Source: Alphaproteobacteria bacterium (lineage in GTDB: Bacteria > Pseudomonadota > Alphaproteobacteria > RF32 > CAG-239). Taken from it: a DNA stretch of 64,000 bases. Numbering within the stretch: the first letter of the stretch is position 1; every line of letters starts with the position of its first letter. Under the pieces are notes generated by a model, which did not search any database, had not been told where the DNA came from, and saw only the letters and a list, made by a program, of their open reading frames with translations. The DNA lies in NCBI GenBank assembly GCA_900767645.1, contig CAAFZY010000040.1, forward strand, positions 2,661 to 66,660, written 5' to 3'. A program made the position numbers and the translations under genes. Shown in pieces: positions 40,337-50,261 of the stretch.

Positions 40337-41407
40337 TTATTCCATTTCAGCCAAACGGCGAGCCTGATCTTCAGTAACCAAAGCCTCGATAATTTCGCCC
40401 AAAGCCTCTCCGGAAACAACTTCGTCAAGTTTATACAAAGTAAGGTTAATGCGGTGGTCGGTAACGCGCCCCTGCGGGTAGTTGTAGGTGCGGATGCGTT
40501 CACTGCGGTCGCCGCTGCCGACTTGAGTTTTGCGCTTTTCGGCATAGTTGGCGTCAATACTTTCTTTTTGCATATCATACAATTTGGCGCGCAGGTGATT
40601 CATGGCTTTTTCGCGATTTTTGAACTGTGAGCGGTCGTCTTGGCATTGTACCACTACGCCGGTCGGAATATGGGTGATGCGAACAGCTGATTCTGTTTTG
40701 TTTACGTGTTGTCCGCCGGCGCCTGATGAACGGTAAACATCAACTTTTAAATCAGCCGGATTAATATATAAGTCAACTTCTTCAATTTCAGGCAAAACGG
40801 CAACGGTAGCGGCAGAGGTATGAACACGGCCTTGTGACTCGGTTACCGGAACGCGCTGTACGCGGTGGGCGCCGGATTCAAATTTTAGCTTAGCAAACAC
40901 GTCTTTGCCGGTAATTTTGGCAGAGGCTTCTTTATAGCCGCCCAAACCGTTTTCATTGGCGTCCAAAACTTCAAACTTCCAACCTTGTTTTTGTGAATAG
41001 CGTTGATACATTTCAAATAAAACGGCAGCAAACAAAGCGGCCTCATCGCCGCCGGTGCCGGCGCGAACCTCCAAAATGGCGTTCTTTTCGTCATCTTCCG
41101 ATTTCGGCAACAGTAAAATTTTAATTTCATGCTCCATTTCGGGGAGTTTTTCTTTTAGCTCGTAATATTCGCTTTCAGCCATTTCGCGCATTTCTTTATC
41201 AAGCGACGAATCGTCCATCATCTGCTTGGCGTCGTTTAAATTGGCGGCGGTATGCTGATATTTTTTTATAGCCTCAACCACCGGTGTCAGCAATGAAAGC
41301 TCTTTGTTGAGTTTAACAAGCTCATCAGAAGATACGTTTCCGGTTAAGAGCGATTCAATTTCTTCATGGCGACGAACCACGCCGTCAAGTTTTTCTTCAA
41401 AATTCAT
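40337..41407 (-). CDS. prfA: Peptide chain release factor 1
   Basis: 'PxT' region plus the '[16 protein letters not shown]' GGQ motif. Confidence 0.95.
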   Translation of the reverse strand: MNFEEKLDGVVRRHEEIESLLTGNVSSDELVKLNKELSLLTPVVEAIKKYQHTAANLNDAKQMMDDSSLDKEMREMAESEYYELKEKLPEMEHEIKILLLPKSEDDEKNAILEVRAGTGGDEAALFAAVLFEMYQRYSQKQGWKFEVLDANENGLGGYKEASAKITGKDVFAKLKFESGAHRVQRVPVTESQGRVHTSAATVAVLPEIEEVDLYINPADLKVDVYRSSGAGGQHVNKTESAVRITHIPTGVVVQCQDDRSQFKNREKAMNHLRAKLYDMQKESIDANYAEKRKTQVGSGDRSERIRTYNYPQGRVTDHRINLTLYKLDEVVSGEALGEIIEALVTEDQARRLAEME

Positions 41408-41408
41408 T

Positions 41409-42641
41409 TTAAATTTCCTTCAATAAATTATTGATGGCAACAACTTTTTGTTCACCGCTGTCTAAATCTTTGATAGTAACATTGCCGTCGGCAAATTCGT
41501 CGGAGCCGATAATCACAGCCTTAAAAGCGTTGGCTTTGTTGGCTTTTATCATGCGTTTTTTGATGTTTCCGCTGTAACCGTGTTCAACTCGGAAGCCGGC
41601 TTTGCGTAAATCATAAGCAATTTTTAAGGCGGTTTCGGCCATGTCTTCGCCAACCGGAATTACGGCAATCGGACGGGCAGGCTCAATATCAGATTCAAGT
41701 AACATGGAAAGACGTTCAACCCCGCAAGCCCAACCGATACCGGCAACTTCACCGCCGCCCATTTGAGCAACCAAACCGTCATATCTGCCGCCGGCAAGCA
41801 CGGTGCCTTGCGCGCCGAGTTTGTCGGTGGTAAGTTCAAAAACGGTGTGAGAATAGTAGTCTAAGCCGCGAACCAAGCGGTTGTTTACACGATATTTAAT
41901 ATTTAATAAATCAAGACCTTGCAACACAGCCTTAAAGAAAGCCGCCGATTCATCATTTAAGCTGTCGGCATATAAAGGAGCGTCGGCAATAACCGCTTTA
42001 TCGCACTCTTCTTTAGAATCTAAAATACGCAGCGGATTTTTAGTCAGTCGATTTTTGCTGTCTTCCGATAATTCATCATAATGCTGTTGTAAATAATTTA
42101 CCAATTTTTCACGGTAAGCGTCACGGCTGGCGGCATCGCCAAGAGAGTTAATTTCGACCGTAACCGCGCCGGCAAGTCCGAGTCTTTCAAGAAATTCGTA
42201 AGCCATGGCAATAACTTCAATATCGGCTTGCGGCGTTGCAACACCCAACATCTCAACCCCAAATTGGGTAAATTGGCGCTGTCTGCCTTTTTGCGGACGC
42301 TCATAACGGAACATCGGTCCTTGATAATAAAGTTTAACCGGCAGATTTTGCTGCATGCCTTCAGAAATAAAAGAACGAACTACGCCGGCAGTGCCTTCGG
42401 GACGCAAAGTTAAACTTTCGCCGCCGCGGTCTTGAAAACAATACATTTCTTTGGTGACAATATCGGACGTGTCGCCTAAATTGCGCGAGAAAACCTCTGT
42501 AAATTCAAAAATAGGGGTTTCAATTTCTTCAAATCCGTATTTTTCTACCACTTCCGAAGCAGTTGAAATAACTTTTTTAACTTTTCTTTTGGCGGCTCCG
42601 TATAAATCATAAGTTCCGCGAACGTTTTGTAATTTTGCCAT
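41409..42641 (-). CDS. hisS: Histidyl-tRNA synthetase
   Basis: Class II motifs: '[16 protein letters not shown]' (motif 2) and 'GGRYDGL' (motif 3). Confidence 0.9.
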   Translation of the reverse strand: MAKLQNVRGTYDLYGAAKRKVKKVISTASEVVEKYGFEEIETPIFEFTEVFSRNLGDTSDIVTKEMYCFQDRGGESLTLRPEGTAGVVRSFISEGMQQNLPVKLYYQGPMFRYERPQKGRQRQFTQFGVEMLGVATPQADIEVIAMAYEFLERLGLAGAVTVEINSLGDAASRDAYREKLVNYLQQHYDELSEDSKNRLTKNPLRILDSKEECDKAVIADAPLYADSLNDESAAFFKAVLQGLDLLNIKYRVNNRLVRGLDYYSHTVFELTTDKLGAQGTVLAGGRYDGLVAQMGGGEVAGIGWACGVERLSMLLESDIEPARPIAVIPVGEDMAETALKIAYDLRKAGFRVEHGYSGNIKKRMIKANKANAFKAVIIGSDEFADGNVTIKDLDSGEQKVVAINNLLKEI

Positions 42642-42715
42642 GTTCTTTTTCCTAATTTATTTAAACAAAGAAACGGCACAGAAAATCTGAGCCATTTCTT
42701 AAAATGACAGTAATG

Positions 42716-43597
42716 CTAATGGTTTAAAAATTTATCGAGCGCAATGCCGGTTTGTTTGCGCGGACCGGCAACTTTGGTTAACTGCCCGTCAATATATACA
42801 TCAACATTATAATAACGACCGACCGATAAAATTAAACCGGTTTTATCAGGAGCGTTATAAACGTACCCTTTAGGCTTAATACCGGTGTCATAAACTTTTT
42901 GAGAATCGCGGATTTCAAACCATGATTCTCCGTTAAATTTAATTACCACGCGGTTTTCGGAAGCATTTTGAGCTTCGGGTTCTGCGGCCGGTTCTTCAGT
43001 GTAACTTTCTTCCGATATAGTTATTTGATTATCGGTTGCAATATCTTTATTTTCGGGAGAGGTGATAATTTCATCAATCACAATCGGATTTTTATCAACA
43101 TCTTCGGAAACAGACTCGTCTTCAACAACAACCTGTTCATTGATGCCGTCAATCGGCGGAAGCTCCGTTGTTTTAGGGTGACAGCTGAGCAAAAGCCAGA
43201 TAAGATAAATCAGCAGTACCGCACAGACACCGATTAATATTTGACGTTTGTCGGGAATGGTTAATTTGGTGTGCTTATCAATAATGTTTTTGCTTTTAGG
43301 AGCAGAATCGGCGCTTTTTTGCGGCATGGCTTCGGCTTTATAGCATTGAACAATGCGGTCGGCATTAAGCCCTAAGTATTCGGCATATGAACGGACAAAA
43401 CCAATACCGTAAGGAACCGGAGAAAGTTCTTTGAAATCGCTTTCTTCAATGGCTTTAAGATAAATTTTGCGAATACACAAAGCCTTTGATACCGTTTCCA
43501 AAGATTTTTTTTGGTTCAAACGCGTGTATTTTAAAAACATACCGACAGTGGTTGCTTCTTCAGAAGAATCTGGTGTCTTTTCAGTTTGTTTTTCCAA
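42716..43597 (-). CDS. RodZ-like cytoskeleton protein (XRE-type HTH, TM, DUF4115-like C-terminus)
   Basis: N-terminal HTH ('LKYTRLNQKKSLETVSKAL'), a central transmembrane segment, and the C-terminal 'WFEIRD...G' beta domain. Confidence 0.55.
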   Translation of the reverse strand: MEKQTEKTPDSSEEATTVGMFLKYTRLNQKKSLETVSKALCIRKIYLKAIEESDFKELSPVPYGIGFVRSYAEYLGLNADRIVQCYKAEAMPQKSADSAPKSKNIIDKHTKLTIPDKRQILIGVCAVLLIYLIWLLLSCHPKTTELPPIDGINEQVVVEDESVSEDVDKNPIVIDEIITSPENKDIATDNQITISEESYTEEPAAEPEAQNASENRVVIKFNGESWFEIRDSQKVYDTGIKPKGYVYNAPDKTGLILSVGRYYNVDVYIDGQLTKVAGPRKQTGIALDKFLNH

Positions 43598-43646
43598 TTT
43601 TTCAGTATCCTTACATAAAATTTTTTATATTAAAACATACTTTTTA

Positions 43647-45893
43647 TCAGATTGCAATACCATGATCATGAGCATAAGCAGATAATTGCGGACGCAAAGT
43701 TCGTTTTGGCGATTTTAGCAAGGTTTGAACGTAGTCGGTAATATCTTGAACACGCAAAGTGCGAACCATTTTTTTAACATTGCCGAACGCTGAGCCTGCC
43801 ATTGATAACTTGCGGAATCCTAAGCCTATCAAGACCATGGCTTCTATCGGAGTGCCGGCCATTTCACCGCATACCGAACACGGAACGCCGGCTGCATCGG
43901 CCTTGTCGATGATTTGCTTTAAGGCGCGCAAAAACGGAGCCGATAAAACATCATAACGGTCGGTAATACGCGGATTGCCGCGATCGCATGCAAACATAAA
44001 CTGTGCCAAATCATTGGTGCCGATAGAAATAAAATCGGCATATTTTAACACGTCATCAAGCTGAAAAACAACTGACGGAACTTCAATCATCAACCCGACA
44101 TTAATTTTAGAAGGCATTGCCTCGCCTTTTTTTCGCTCTTTATCAACTTCAATCATTAAAGTTTCTTTTGCGTCTAAAAATTCTTCAAGACTTGAAATCA
44201 TCGGGAACATAATGTTGAGTTCTTTGCCGGCGGTCACCTTTAAAAATGATTTGAGCTGTTGGCGCAAAATGGCGCGGCGGTCAAGTGTAATACGAATTGA
44301 ACGCCAGCCGATTGCCGGATTGTTTTCTTTCATGTCGCCCCAATAAGGCAAAAGCTTGTCAGAGCCGACATCTAAACTGCGGAAGATAACTTTTTTATTA
44401 CCGGCTTTAGACATAAGCTTTTGATAAAAGTTTACCTGTTGGGCAACATCGGGCATAGTTTCAGATGACATAAACGGAATTTCGGTACGGTATAAACCAA
44501 TGCCGTCGCATTTGGTAGAATCGATATAATCAAAGTCAAAATCAAGTCCGACGTTAATGTTCAAGCTGATGCGTATGCCGTCAAGAGTTTTGCTTGAGAA
44601 TCGCCGTAATTGCTTCAATTGCTCAAGCAGTAAAGTCATATTTTTTTGTTTAGACTTAAATTTTTGCACAATATCATCGGAAGGATTAATGTAAACAAAC
44701 CCCTCTTCACCGTTAATGCCCAACAGTTCGCCGTCTTTAACGTCTTTGAAAATGCCGTTGATTTTAGCAACAACCGGAATGTTTAAGGCTTTGGCCACAA
44801 TGGCAACATGCATGGTCGGCGTGCCTTCTTCCAAAATCAGCCCGCGGATTTTTTTGTAGTCGTAATCCATTAAATCAGCCGGACCCATGGTTTGTGCCAC
44901 AATGATAATATCTTGCTCGTTATTTATTTGATTTAACTTTTTTTCGTTACCGCTTAAAAACATTCGCAAACGGTCGGCAACATCGCGTAAATCATGCAGT
45001 CGTTCTTTTAAGTAAATGTCACTGCTGCCCGAAAGGCGATTCCACATATCTTCATAGGCGCGTTCAACAGCCGCATCAGCGGTTAATCCGCCGGCAATGT
45101 TATCTGATATTTTACGGTACCAGCCTTTATCGCGCGCAAACATACGGTAGGTTTCCAAAATATCGGTATGCTCGCCGATACCGAGTTGCGCCGCGTTGAA
45201 TTTTTCATCAAGGCTTTTGTTCATTTTTTCTTTAGCGTCTTCAAGACGGGCAAGTTCTTTGTTAATATCTTCGGCAAAAATTTCAGTCACGGCCTGACGG
45301 CGGCGATGCACAACGGCGCTGCCGATACCGTAGCCTTTATTGAGCACAATACCTTTCAGGTGATCTTTCAGCCGCAAACCGCGTGATTTGATAAATTTCT
45401 TTTTATAAGCAATCATTTCTTCCGATGAAAGGGTCGCGGTTAAAAACATGGCAACCGTTTCAAGAGCCTCAATATCGGCTTGAGAGTAAGAGTATTCTTG
45501 TTTGTGCGCAATTATAACGGTTCCGTAAGTGCGACTCCAGCGCAAAAGCGGCGCGCCTAAGGCTGACTTAAACGGGCGTTCGTTTTTTTTGCCGTCAGCT
45601 TGCTCGGCAGAGTATGAGTATGATAATGTTTGGCGGGTGGCGGCAATTTCACCTATAAATCCTTCGCCATAACGAATATGATGTTTGTATTGCTTTTCAA
45701 CTAATCCGGAGCCACATAAAAATTCCAGATAATTGTCGTCAACCGTAACATAACAAACCGCTGCATCGGCATTAAAGCCGGCGGCCAGAATATGCATAAA
45801 TTTTTCAAGACGCTCCGACGGGTCTTGATTTTCAGGAATAGCCTGAATTTGTTTCAGAATTTCCATTGCGGTGTTTTCAATGTTTGTTTGCAT
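43647..45893 (-). CDS. ptsP: Phosphoenolpyruvate-protein phosphotransferase with N-terminal GAF domain (EI-Ntr, PtsP)
   Basis: GAF N-terminus; the PEP-utilising catalytic His region 'GGLTAHAA'-type; the C-terminal TIM barrel 'GTNDLAQF'. Confidence 0.9.
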   Translation of the reverse strand: MQTNIENTAMEILKQIQAIPENQDPSERLEKFMHILAAGFNADAAVCYVTVDDNYLEFLCGSGLVEKQYKHHIRYGEGFIGEIAATRQTLSYSYSAEQADGKKNERPFKSALGAPLLRWSRTYGTVIIAHKQEYSYSQADIEALETVAMFLTATLSSEEMIAYKKKFIKSRGLRLKDHLKGIVLNKGYGIGSAVVHRRRQAVTEIFAEDINKELARLEDAKEKMNKSLDEKFNAAQLGIGEHTDILETYRMFARDKGWYRKISDNIAGGLTADAAVERAYEDMWNRLSGSSDIYLKERLHDLRDVADRLRMFLSGNEKKLNQINNEQDIIIVAQTMGPADLMDYDYKKIRGLILEEGTPTMHVAIVAKALNIPVVAKINGIFKDVKDGELLGINGEEGFVYINPSDDIVQKFKSKQKNMTLLLEQLKQLRRFSSKTLDGIRISLNINVGLDFDFDYIDSTKCDGIGLYRTEIPFMSSETMPDVAQQVNFYQKLMSKAGNKKVIFRSLDVGSDKLLPYWGDMKENNPAIGWRSIRITLDRRAILRQQLKSFLKVTAGKELNIMFPMISSLEEFLDAKETLMIEVDKERKKGEAMPSKINVGLMIEVPSVVFQLDDVLKYADFISIGTNDLAQFMFACDRGNPRITDRYDVLSAPFLRALKQIIDKADAAGVPCSVCGEMAGTPIEAMVLIGLGFRKLSMAGSAFGNVKKMVRTLRVQDITDYVQTLLKSPKRTLRPQLSAYAHDHGIAI

Positions 45894-45989
45894 CTTGCCT
45901 CTGATAAAAGAAAAATTATGCTTGTGCTTTATTTATATTATTTATATTCTGTTTCAGCAAGCATAAATCTTAATTTATAAGGAGCAAAA

Positions 45990-46352
45990 ATGGCTAATAA
46001 TTATAAACGCGGCGATAAAGATACTCGTCCGTGGGGCACATGGGAAGTTTTGGATTGCGGCGAAACTTTTTGTGTTAAAAAAATTTGCGTTACTCCGCAT
46101 AACCAATTGTCGTTGCAATTGCATCACCATCGCGGCGAACATTGGATTATTGTAAAAGGCGAGGCTAAAGTTACTTTAGGCGAAGATATTTTGGTGCGTA
46201 AGCAAGACGAATCGGTTTACATTCCGGTAAACACCAAACACCGAATCCAAAACGACACCGAATCCAATGTTGAATTTATTGAAGTTCAGACCGGCGATAA
46301 GCTTGATGAAAACGATATCGTGCGCTTTGAAGACATTTACGGTCGTGTTTAG
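45990..46352 (+). CDS. Cupin-domain protein (mannose-6-phosphate isomerase type II C-terminal-like)
   Basis: 'HHHRGEHWIIVKGEA' cupin motif 1, then 'YIPVNTKHRIQN' motif 2. Confidence 0.7.
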   Translation: MANNYKRGDKDTRPWGTWEVLDCGETFCVKKICVTPHNQLSLQLHHHRGEHWIIVKGEAKVTLGEDILVRKQDESVYIPVNTKHRIQNDTESNVEFIEVQTGDKLDENDIVRFEDIYGRV

Positions 46353-46362
46353 CGATTTTTAA

Positions 46363-46389
46363 GCCGGAGAGTAAAATCTCCGGTTTTTT
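46363..46389 (+). terminator. Rho-independent terminator after the cupin gene
   Basis: ccggaga-gtaaaat-tctccgg, followed by T6. Confidence 0.7.
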
Positions 46390-46488
46390 GTTGTGCATAA
46401 GTTTGTTAAAAACTCATTTCGTGATTGCGAATCTGTAAAAGTTAAATAATAGTTAATACGAAAATTAACCTGACTTTAAGGATTTGAA

Positions 46489-46890
46489 ATGGATTTTGAA
46501 ACAGATTACGTAACCGCACAAACCGATAATATTGTTATTTCGGCTTGTCAGGCTTTTTTGGAAGAAGATGAGGAAAATGCCTGCGGTTATTATTTGCGGA
46601 TTGAAAATAATTCAGACGACCGAATCCAAATTTTAGGTAAAAATTTTAATATTACCGATGATCGCGGTAACAGCTATTATGATAATGCTCCGGGGTTTAA
46701 GGGCGAATTGCCGGAACTGGAACCCGGTGAGTATTTTGAATTTTCGACCAGTGCGCCGATGTTTGCGGCTCAGGCGGTTTTGTACGGCAGTTTTCAAATT
46801 ATGAGCGAGCGCCGAAACCAAATTAAAATCATTAAAATTCCGCCGGTATCATTAATCGGCAATGCGGAAGTGTTTACAACGCTCAACTAA
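46489..46890 (+). CDS. apaG: ApaG (DUF525) domain protein
   Basis: ~125-aa protein with the ApaG-type beta-sandwich pattern, including 'GELPELEPGEYFEFSTSAPM' ('PGE.F.Y.S'). Confidence 0.65.
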   Translation: MDFETDYVTAQTDNIVISACQAFLEEDEENACGYYLRIENNSDDRIQILGKNFNITDDRGNSYYDNAPGFKGELPELEPGEYFEFSTSAPMFAAQAVLYGSFQIMSERRNQIKIIKIPPVSLIGNAEVFTTLN

Positions 46891-47618
46891 AACAGTTCCT
46901 GTTGAACGTTTGTGTTTAAAATTTTCATGGCTTCTTTTACAATCGGAATTGATACGGCTCTTTTGCAGGCAAGCGAAACAGCATCAATTTCGTCCACCAA
47001 TTTTTGGGCGTAAGAAAATGAGCGCTGCATATTTTGTATAATATAATTAAGAACTTCCGGTGAAATAATTATCTGTCGGTCATTAAACAGTTTTACAATT
47101 AAAGCCGTAAGCATAGTGTCATCAGGTTCGCCGATGGCTATGCTTGGCACGGCGTTCAGGCGTGACCGTAAATCGGGTAATTTGAAATACATGCGGGCAG
47201 GCGCTTGTTCTGCCGTAAACAATATATAGCCCCCCTCGTTTTGATAGAGGTTAAATAAGTGAAACAATGCCTCATTATCAACTTTGGGGGTTAAATTTTC
47301 AACAACCAAACACGGATTGTCGCGATGGAGCCGTTCGACATTGCGTGAGTTTATGGCAGACGACTGAATGATTTGCACTGAAATAGGGGGTTCGCAACAT
47401 GCGGCAACGTGTTCGGCAAAAACATGTGCCAAATGTGATTTTCCGCAACCTTCCGGTCCATACAGCACAATGGCGAAGAATGGCCAATCGGGCCACATTT
47501 CAACCATATTTAAGGCTTCGATGTTACAATTTGCCGCCATAAAATCATCACGCCCGAAATCGGTACGCGGCTTAAATTTTAACGGGAACTGTTTTATTTT
47601 TAAATCTGCGGTGTTCAT
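46887..47618 (-). CDS. hdaA: DnaA-related protein HdaA (regulatory inactivation of DnaA)
   Basis: AAA+ 'LYGPEGCGKSHLAHVF'. The ~240-aa size and the 'QFPLKF' N-terminal pattern match alphaproteobacterial HdaA. Confidence 0.65.
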   Translation of the reverse strand: MNTADLKIKQFPLKFKPRTDFGRDDFMAANCNIEALNMVEMWPDWPFFAIVLYGPEGCGKSHLAHVFAEHVAACCEPPISVQIIQSSAINSRNVERLHRDNPCLVVENLTPKVDNEALFHLFNLYQNEGGYILFTAEQAPARMYFKLPDLRSRLNAVPSIAIGEPDDTMLTALIVKLFNDRQIIISPEVLNYIIQNMQRSFSYAQKLVDEIDAVSLACKRAVSIPIVKEAMKILNTNVQQELF

Positions 47619-47620
47619 TT

Positions 47621-50203
47621 TTAACTGTTTAACAACTCAAAAACTTTTTTGGTTAAATCGCCCAAACTATATGGTTTGGCAATAAATTCAAACTCTTCCG
47701 AACCGTTAAGCTCACGGCGGGCAATTTCTTCTGAATATCCGGAAGCTAAAATAATTTTTATATCCGGATACATTTTTTTCACCTCTTTGGCTAAATCCGC
47801 GCCGCTCATGCCGGGCATAACCATATCGGTAATCATCAGATTAAATTTTTCGCCTTTATTTAATAAATCTAGGGCATTTTCGGCGCAGTTGCAAGGGGTA
47901 ACTTCAAAGCCTTTGCGTTTTAAGGCTCTAAATCCGAATGCTCTGACCGAATCTTCATCTTCCACAAATAAAATTTTAACTTCTTGCGGGTTTATGTCGG
48001 TGTTGTGATTATGATCAAGCGCGGAAACATTAAGCCCGAATATGATTTTAGGAGCTTCGGCCGCTGACGATGTTAATACCGGTATTTGATTGTTTTCGGT
48101 CTGAACGACCGCGGGTTCGTTGTCTGAAGTGGCAAAACGCGGTAAATGTATTGAAAAAACAGTGCCTTGCCCGACAGTGCTTTTAACTTTAATAAATCCT
48201 TCGGTTTGACGCACAATGCCGTAAACCATGGCTAATCCTAAACCGGTGCCGGAACCGACTATGTTCTTTTTGGTAGAGAAAAACGGTTCAAAAATGCGAT
48301 TTAAATTTTCAGGCGGAATTCCGCAGCCTGTATCTGATACGTCAATAACCACAAAATCGCCGGCGGCGACAGTATCGGCGCCAAACACATAAGGTTCGCT
48401 TAAAGTTTCGGCGTGGGTGGAAATTTTTAACGATCCTTTGCCGTGCATGGCGTCGCGGGCATTAACCGCCAAATTGATAATTACCTGCGAAAGCTGTACG
48501 GGATCTACTTTAACATAACCTAAATCGGTGCCGTGATTAAATTCAAGTTTGATGTTTTCGCCGATTGTGCGCTTTAACATCGGGTGCAAATCGGTTAAGC
48601 TTTCCGTAATGTCGGTTTTTTTGGGTTTTAAGGGTTGCTTGCGCGAAAAAGCCAAAAGCTGACGCACTAAAGCGGTGGCTCGGTTGGCGTTTTGTTTAAT
48701 TTGCGAAAGGTCGGCAAAGGAAGGATCGCCGACGCCGTGGCGCTGCAGCAATAAATCACAGAAGCCTATCATGGCGGTAAGCAAATTGTTAAAGTCGTGC
48801 GCAATGCCGCCGGCAAGCTGTCCCATGGCTTGCATTTTTTGTGCTTGAGCGAATCGTTGCTCCAAATTTTTTTGCTCGGTGGTATCGGTAAGATATAAAA
48901 TTAAACCGTCAAGAGTTTCTTTTTCACATAAAATACGGCGCTGCGGAGCAATATAAATATGAATATTTTTGCCGGACTGCAGAGTTGTTTCGGTTTGCGT
49001 AAGCTCGCGGTTTTGCTGATTTTGGGCAAATTTAGCGTATTCTGTTTGCAAAAGCCGTATGGTTTCGGCAGGCAACAAGTCGGCAAGGTTTAAATTTTCC
49101 GTATGCTCGGTGGCGGTTTCCAAAATTTCAGCGGCTTTATTGTTGGCAAGAAACACCTGATTATCAGCGTTGCAGAATACCACTCCGCAAGGCGCCGAAT
49201 TGAACAACCAATCAACTTTGTCGGTAACATAGTTTAATTGTTCGCGTAAACTGGCATCGTTAGGCAGATTTTTTAAGGTGACACCTCTGATTTTGATTTT
49301 ATCATCATCTTTGAAATTGTTTTGCAGTACATAAATTTGTGAAGTTTCATCGTCGGCGGTTTTAAAAAGCCCGAACCCGACAAAAGACGGTTTGCGTGAA
49401 TTTAAAATACCGGTATCGTGTACTATTAAGTTTTTCAATGAAGTTCCAACCAAATTTTCTTTCGGTGATGAGAGTTGGAGGGCAAAAGTTTCATTAACAT
49501 ATTCAAGATTATAATCGGAATCGGCAATGTAAATACCGATAGGCATTTGATTAATGAAAGTATGGAGTTTTTTGCGTTCTGCCTCAAGAGTTTTTTCCAT
49601 GTTTTGATTGGCGGTAATATCTTTAAGCGACCAAAAAAAGTAGGTTTCTTTTTCAATTTTTTTAATAGAAAACTCTTCTTCAAAAATATCGGTCTTTTTT
49701 AAATAAATCGGCTTAACGGTTATTTTGTACCATTTTTCTTTGTTTTCCAAGAGCAGAGATAAAACAATACTTTCGGTTTTAAGGCTTTTAAGCGCCAACT
49801 GCAAACGTTGAAAGTTAAGCAGATTTTGTCGTTCATCAACCAAGTTGTTTTGCAGTTTTTCAATAACAGAATCGGTGCCGAAAAACTTGTTTGCCGGCTT
49901 GTTTTCAATAATTGTTTCGCCATTGCGGTTATCTATACGGTTAATAGTTTCGCGACTGCTTAAAATTTCATTGGCGAATCCGCCGTAAGTAATGGCCTCT
50001 TCGCTTGCTTTCATAATTTTGATGGATAGACAGATACAGCTTATGGTAATCAGTAAAATCAGCAAAATGATATATATCGAATATTGCGGGTAAATAAATA
50101 ACATCAACAGGCTGACAGCCAATGATACAATTGCGTATACCAAAGCGCTCAACGCTTTTTCAAGTTGGCGATCGGGACGGTTAATGTTGTTTTTACTGAG
50201 CAT
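47621..50203 (-). CDS. Hybrid sensor histidine kinase / response regulator (2 TM, PAS domains, HisKA, HATPase, REC); CckA-like
   Basis: H-box 'GGIAHDFNNLLTAMIGF'; N/G1/G2 boxes ('DTGCGIP', 'GSGTGLGL'); C-terminal receiver 'ILFVEDEDSVR...ITDMVMPGMSG'. Confidence 0.85.
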   Translation of the reverse strand: MLSKNNINRPDRQLEKALSALVYAIVSLAVSLLMLFIYPQYSIYIILLILLITISCICLSIKIMKASEEAITYGGFANEILSSRETINRIDNRNGETIIENKPANKFFGTDSVIEKLQNNLVDERQNLLNFQRLQLALKSLKTESIVLSLLLENKEKWYKITVKPIYLKKTDIFEEEFSIKKIEKETYFFWSLKDITANQNMEKTLEAERKKLHTFINQMPIGIYIADSDYNLEYVNETFALQLSSPKENLVGTSLKNLIVHDTGILNSRKPSFVGFGLFKTADDETSQIYVLQNNFKDDDKIKIRGVTLKNLPNDASLREQLNYVTDKVDWLFNSAPCGVVFCNADNQVFLANNKAAEILETATEHTENLNLADLLPAETIRLLQTEYAKFAQNQQNRELTQTETTLQSGKNIHIYIAPQRRILCEKETLDGLILYLTDTTEQKNLEQRFAQAQKMQAMGQLAGGIAHDFNNLLTAMIGFCDLLLQRHGVGDPSFADLSQIKQNANRATALVRQLLAFSRKQPLKPKKTDITESLTDLHPMLKRTIGENIKLEFNHGTDLGYVKVDPVQLSQVIINLAVNARDAMHGKGSLKISTHAETLSEPYVFGADTVAAGDFVVIDVSDTGCGIPPENLNRIFEPFFSTKKNIVGSGTGLGLAMVYGIVRQTEGFIKVKSTVGQGTVFSIHLPRFATSDNEPAVVQTENNQIPVLTSSAAEAPKIIFGLNVSALDHNHNTDINPQEVKILFVEDEDSVRAFGFRALKRKGFEVTPCNCAENALDLLNKGEKFNLMITDMVMPGMSGADLAKEVKKMYPDIKIILASGYSEEIARRELNGSEEFEFIAKPYSLGDLTKKVFELLNS

Positions 50204-50261
50204 TTACATACTTTCGAAATAATCGGGCAGGCGCAAATTAACCTGCCCGATACGCAGTTGA

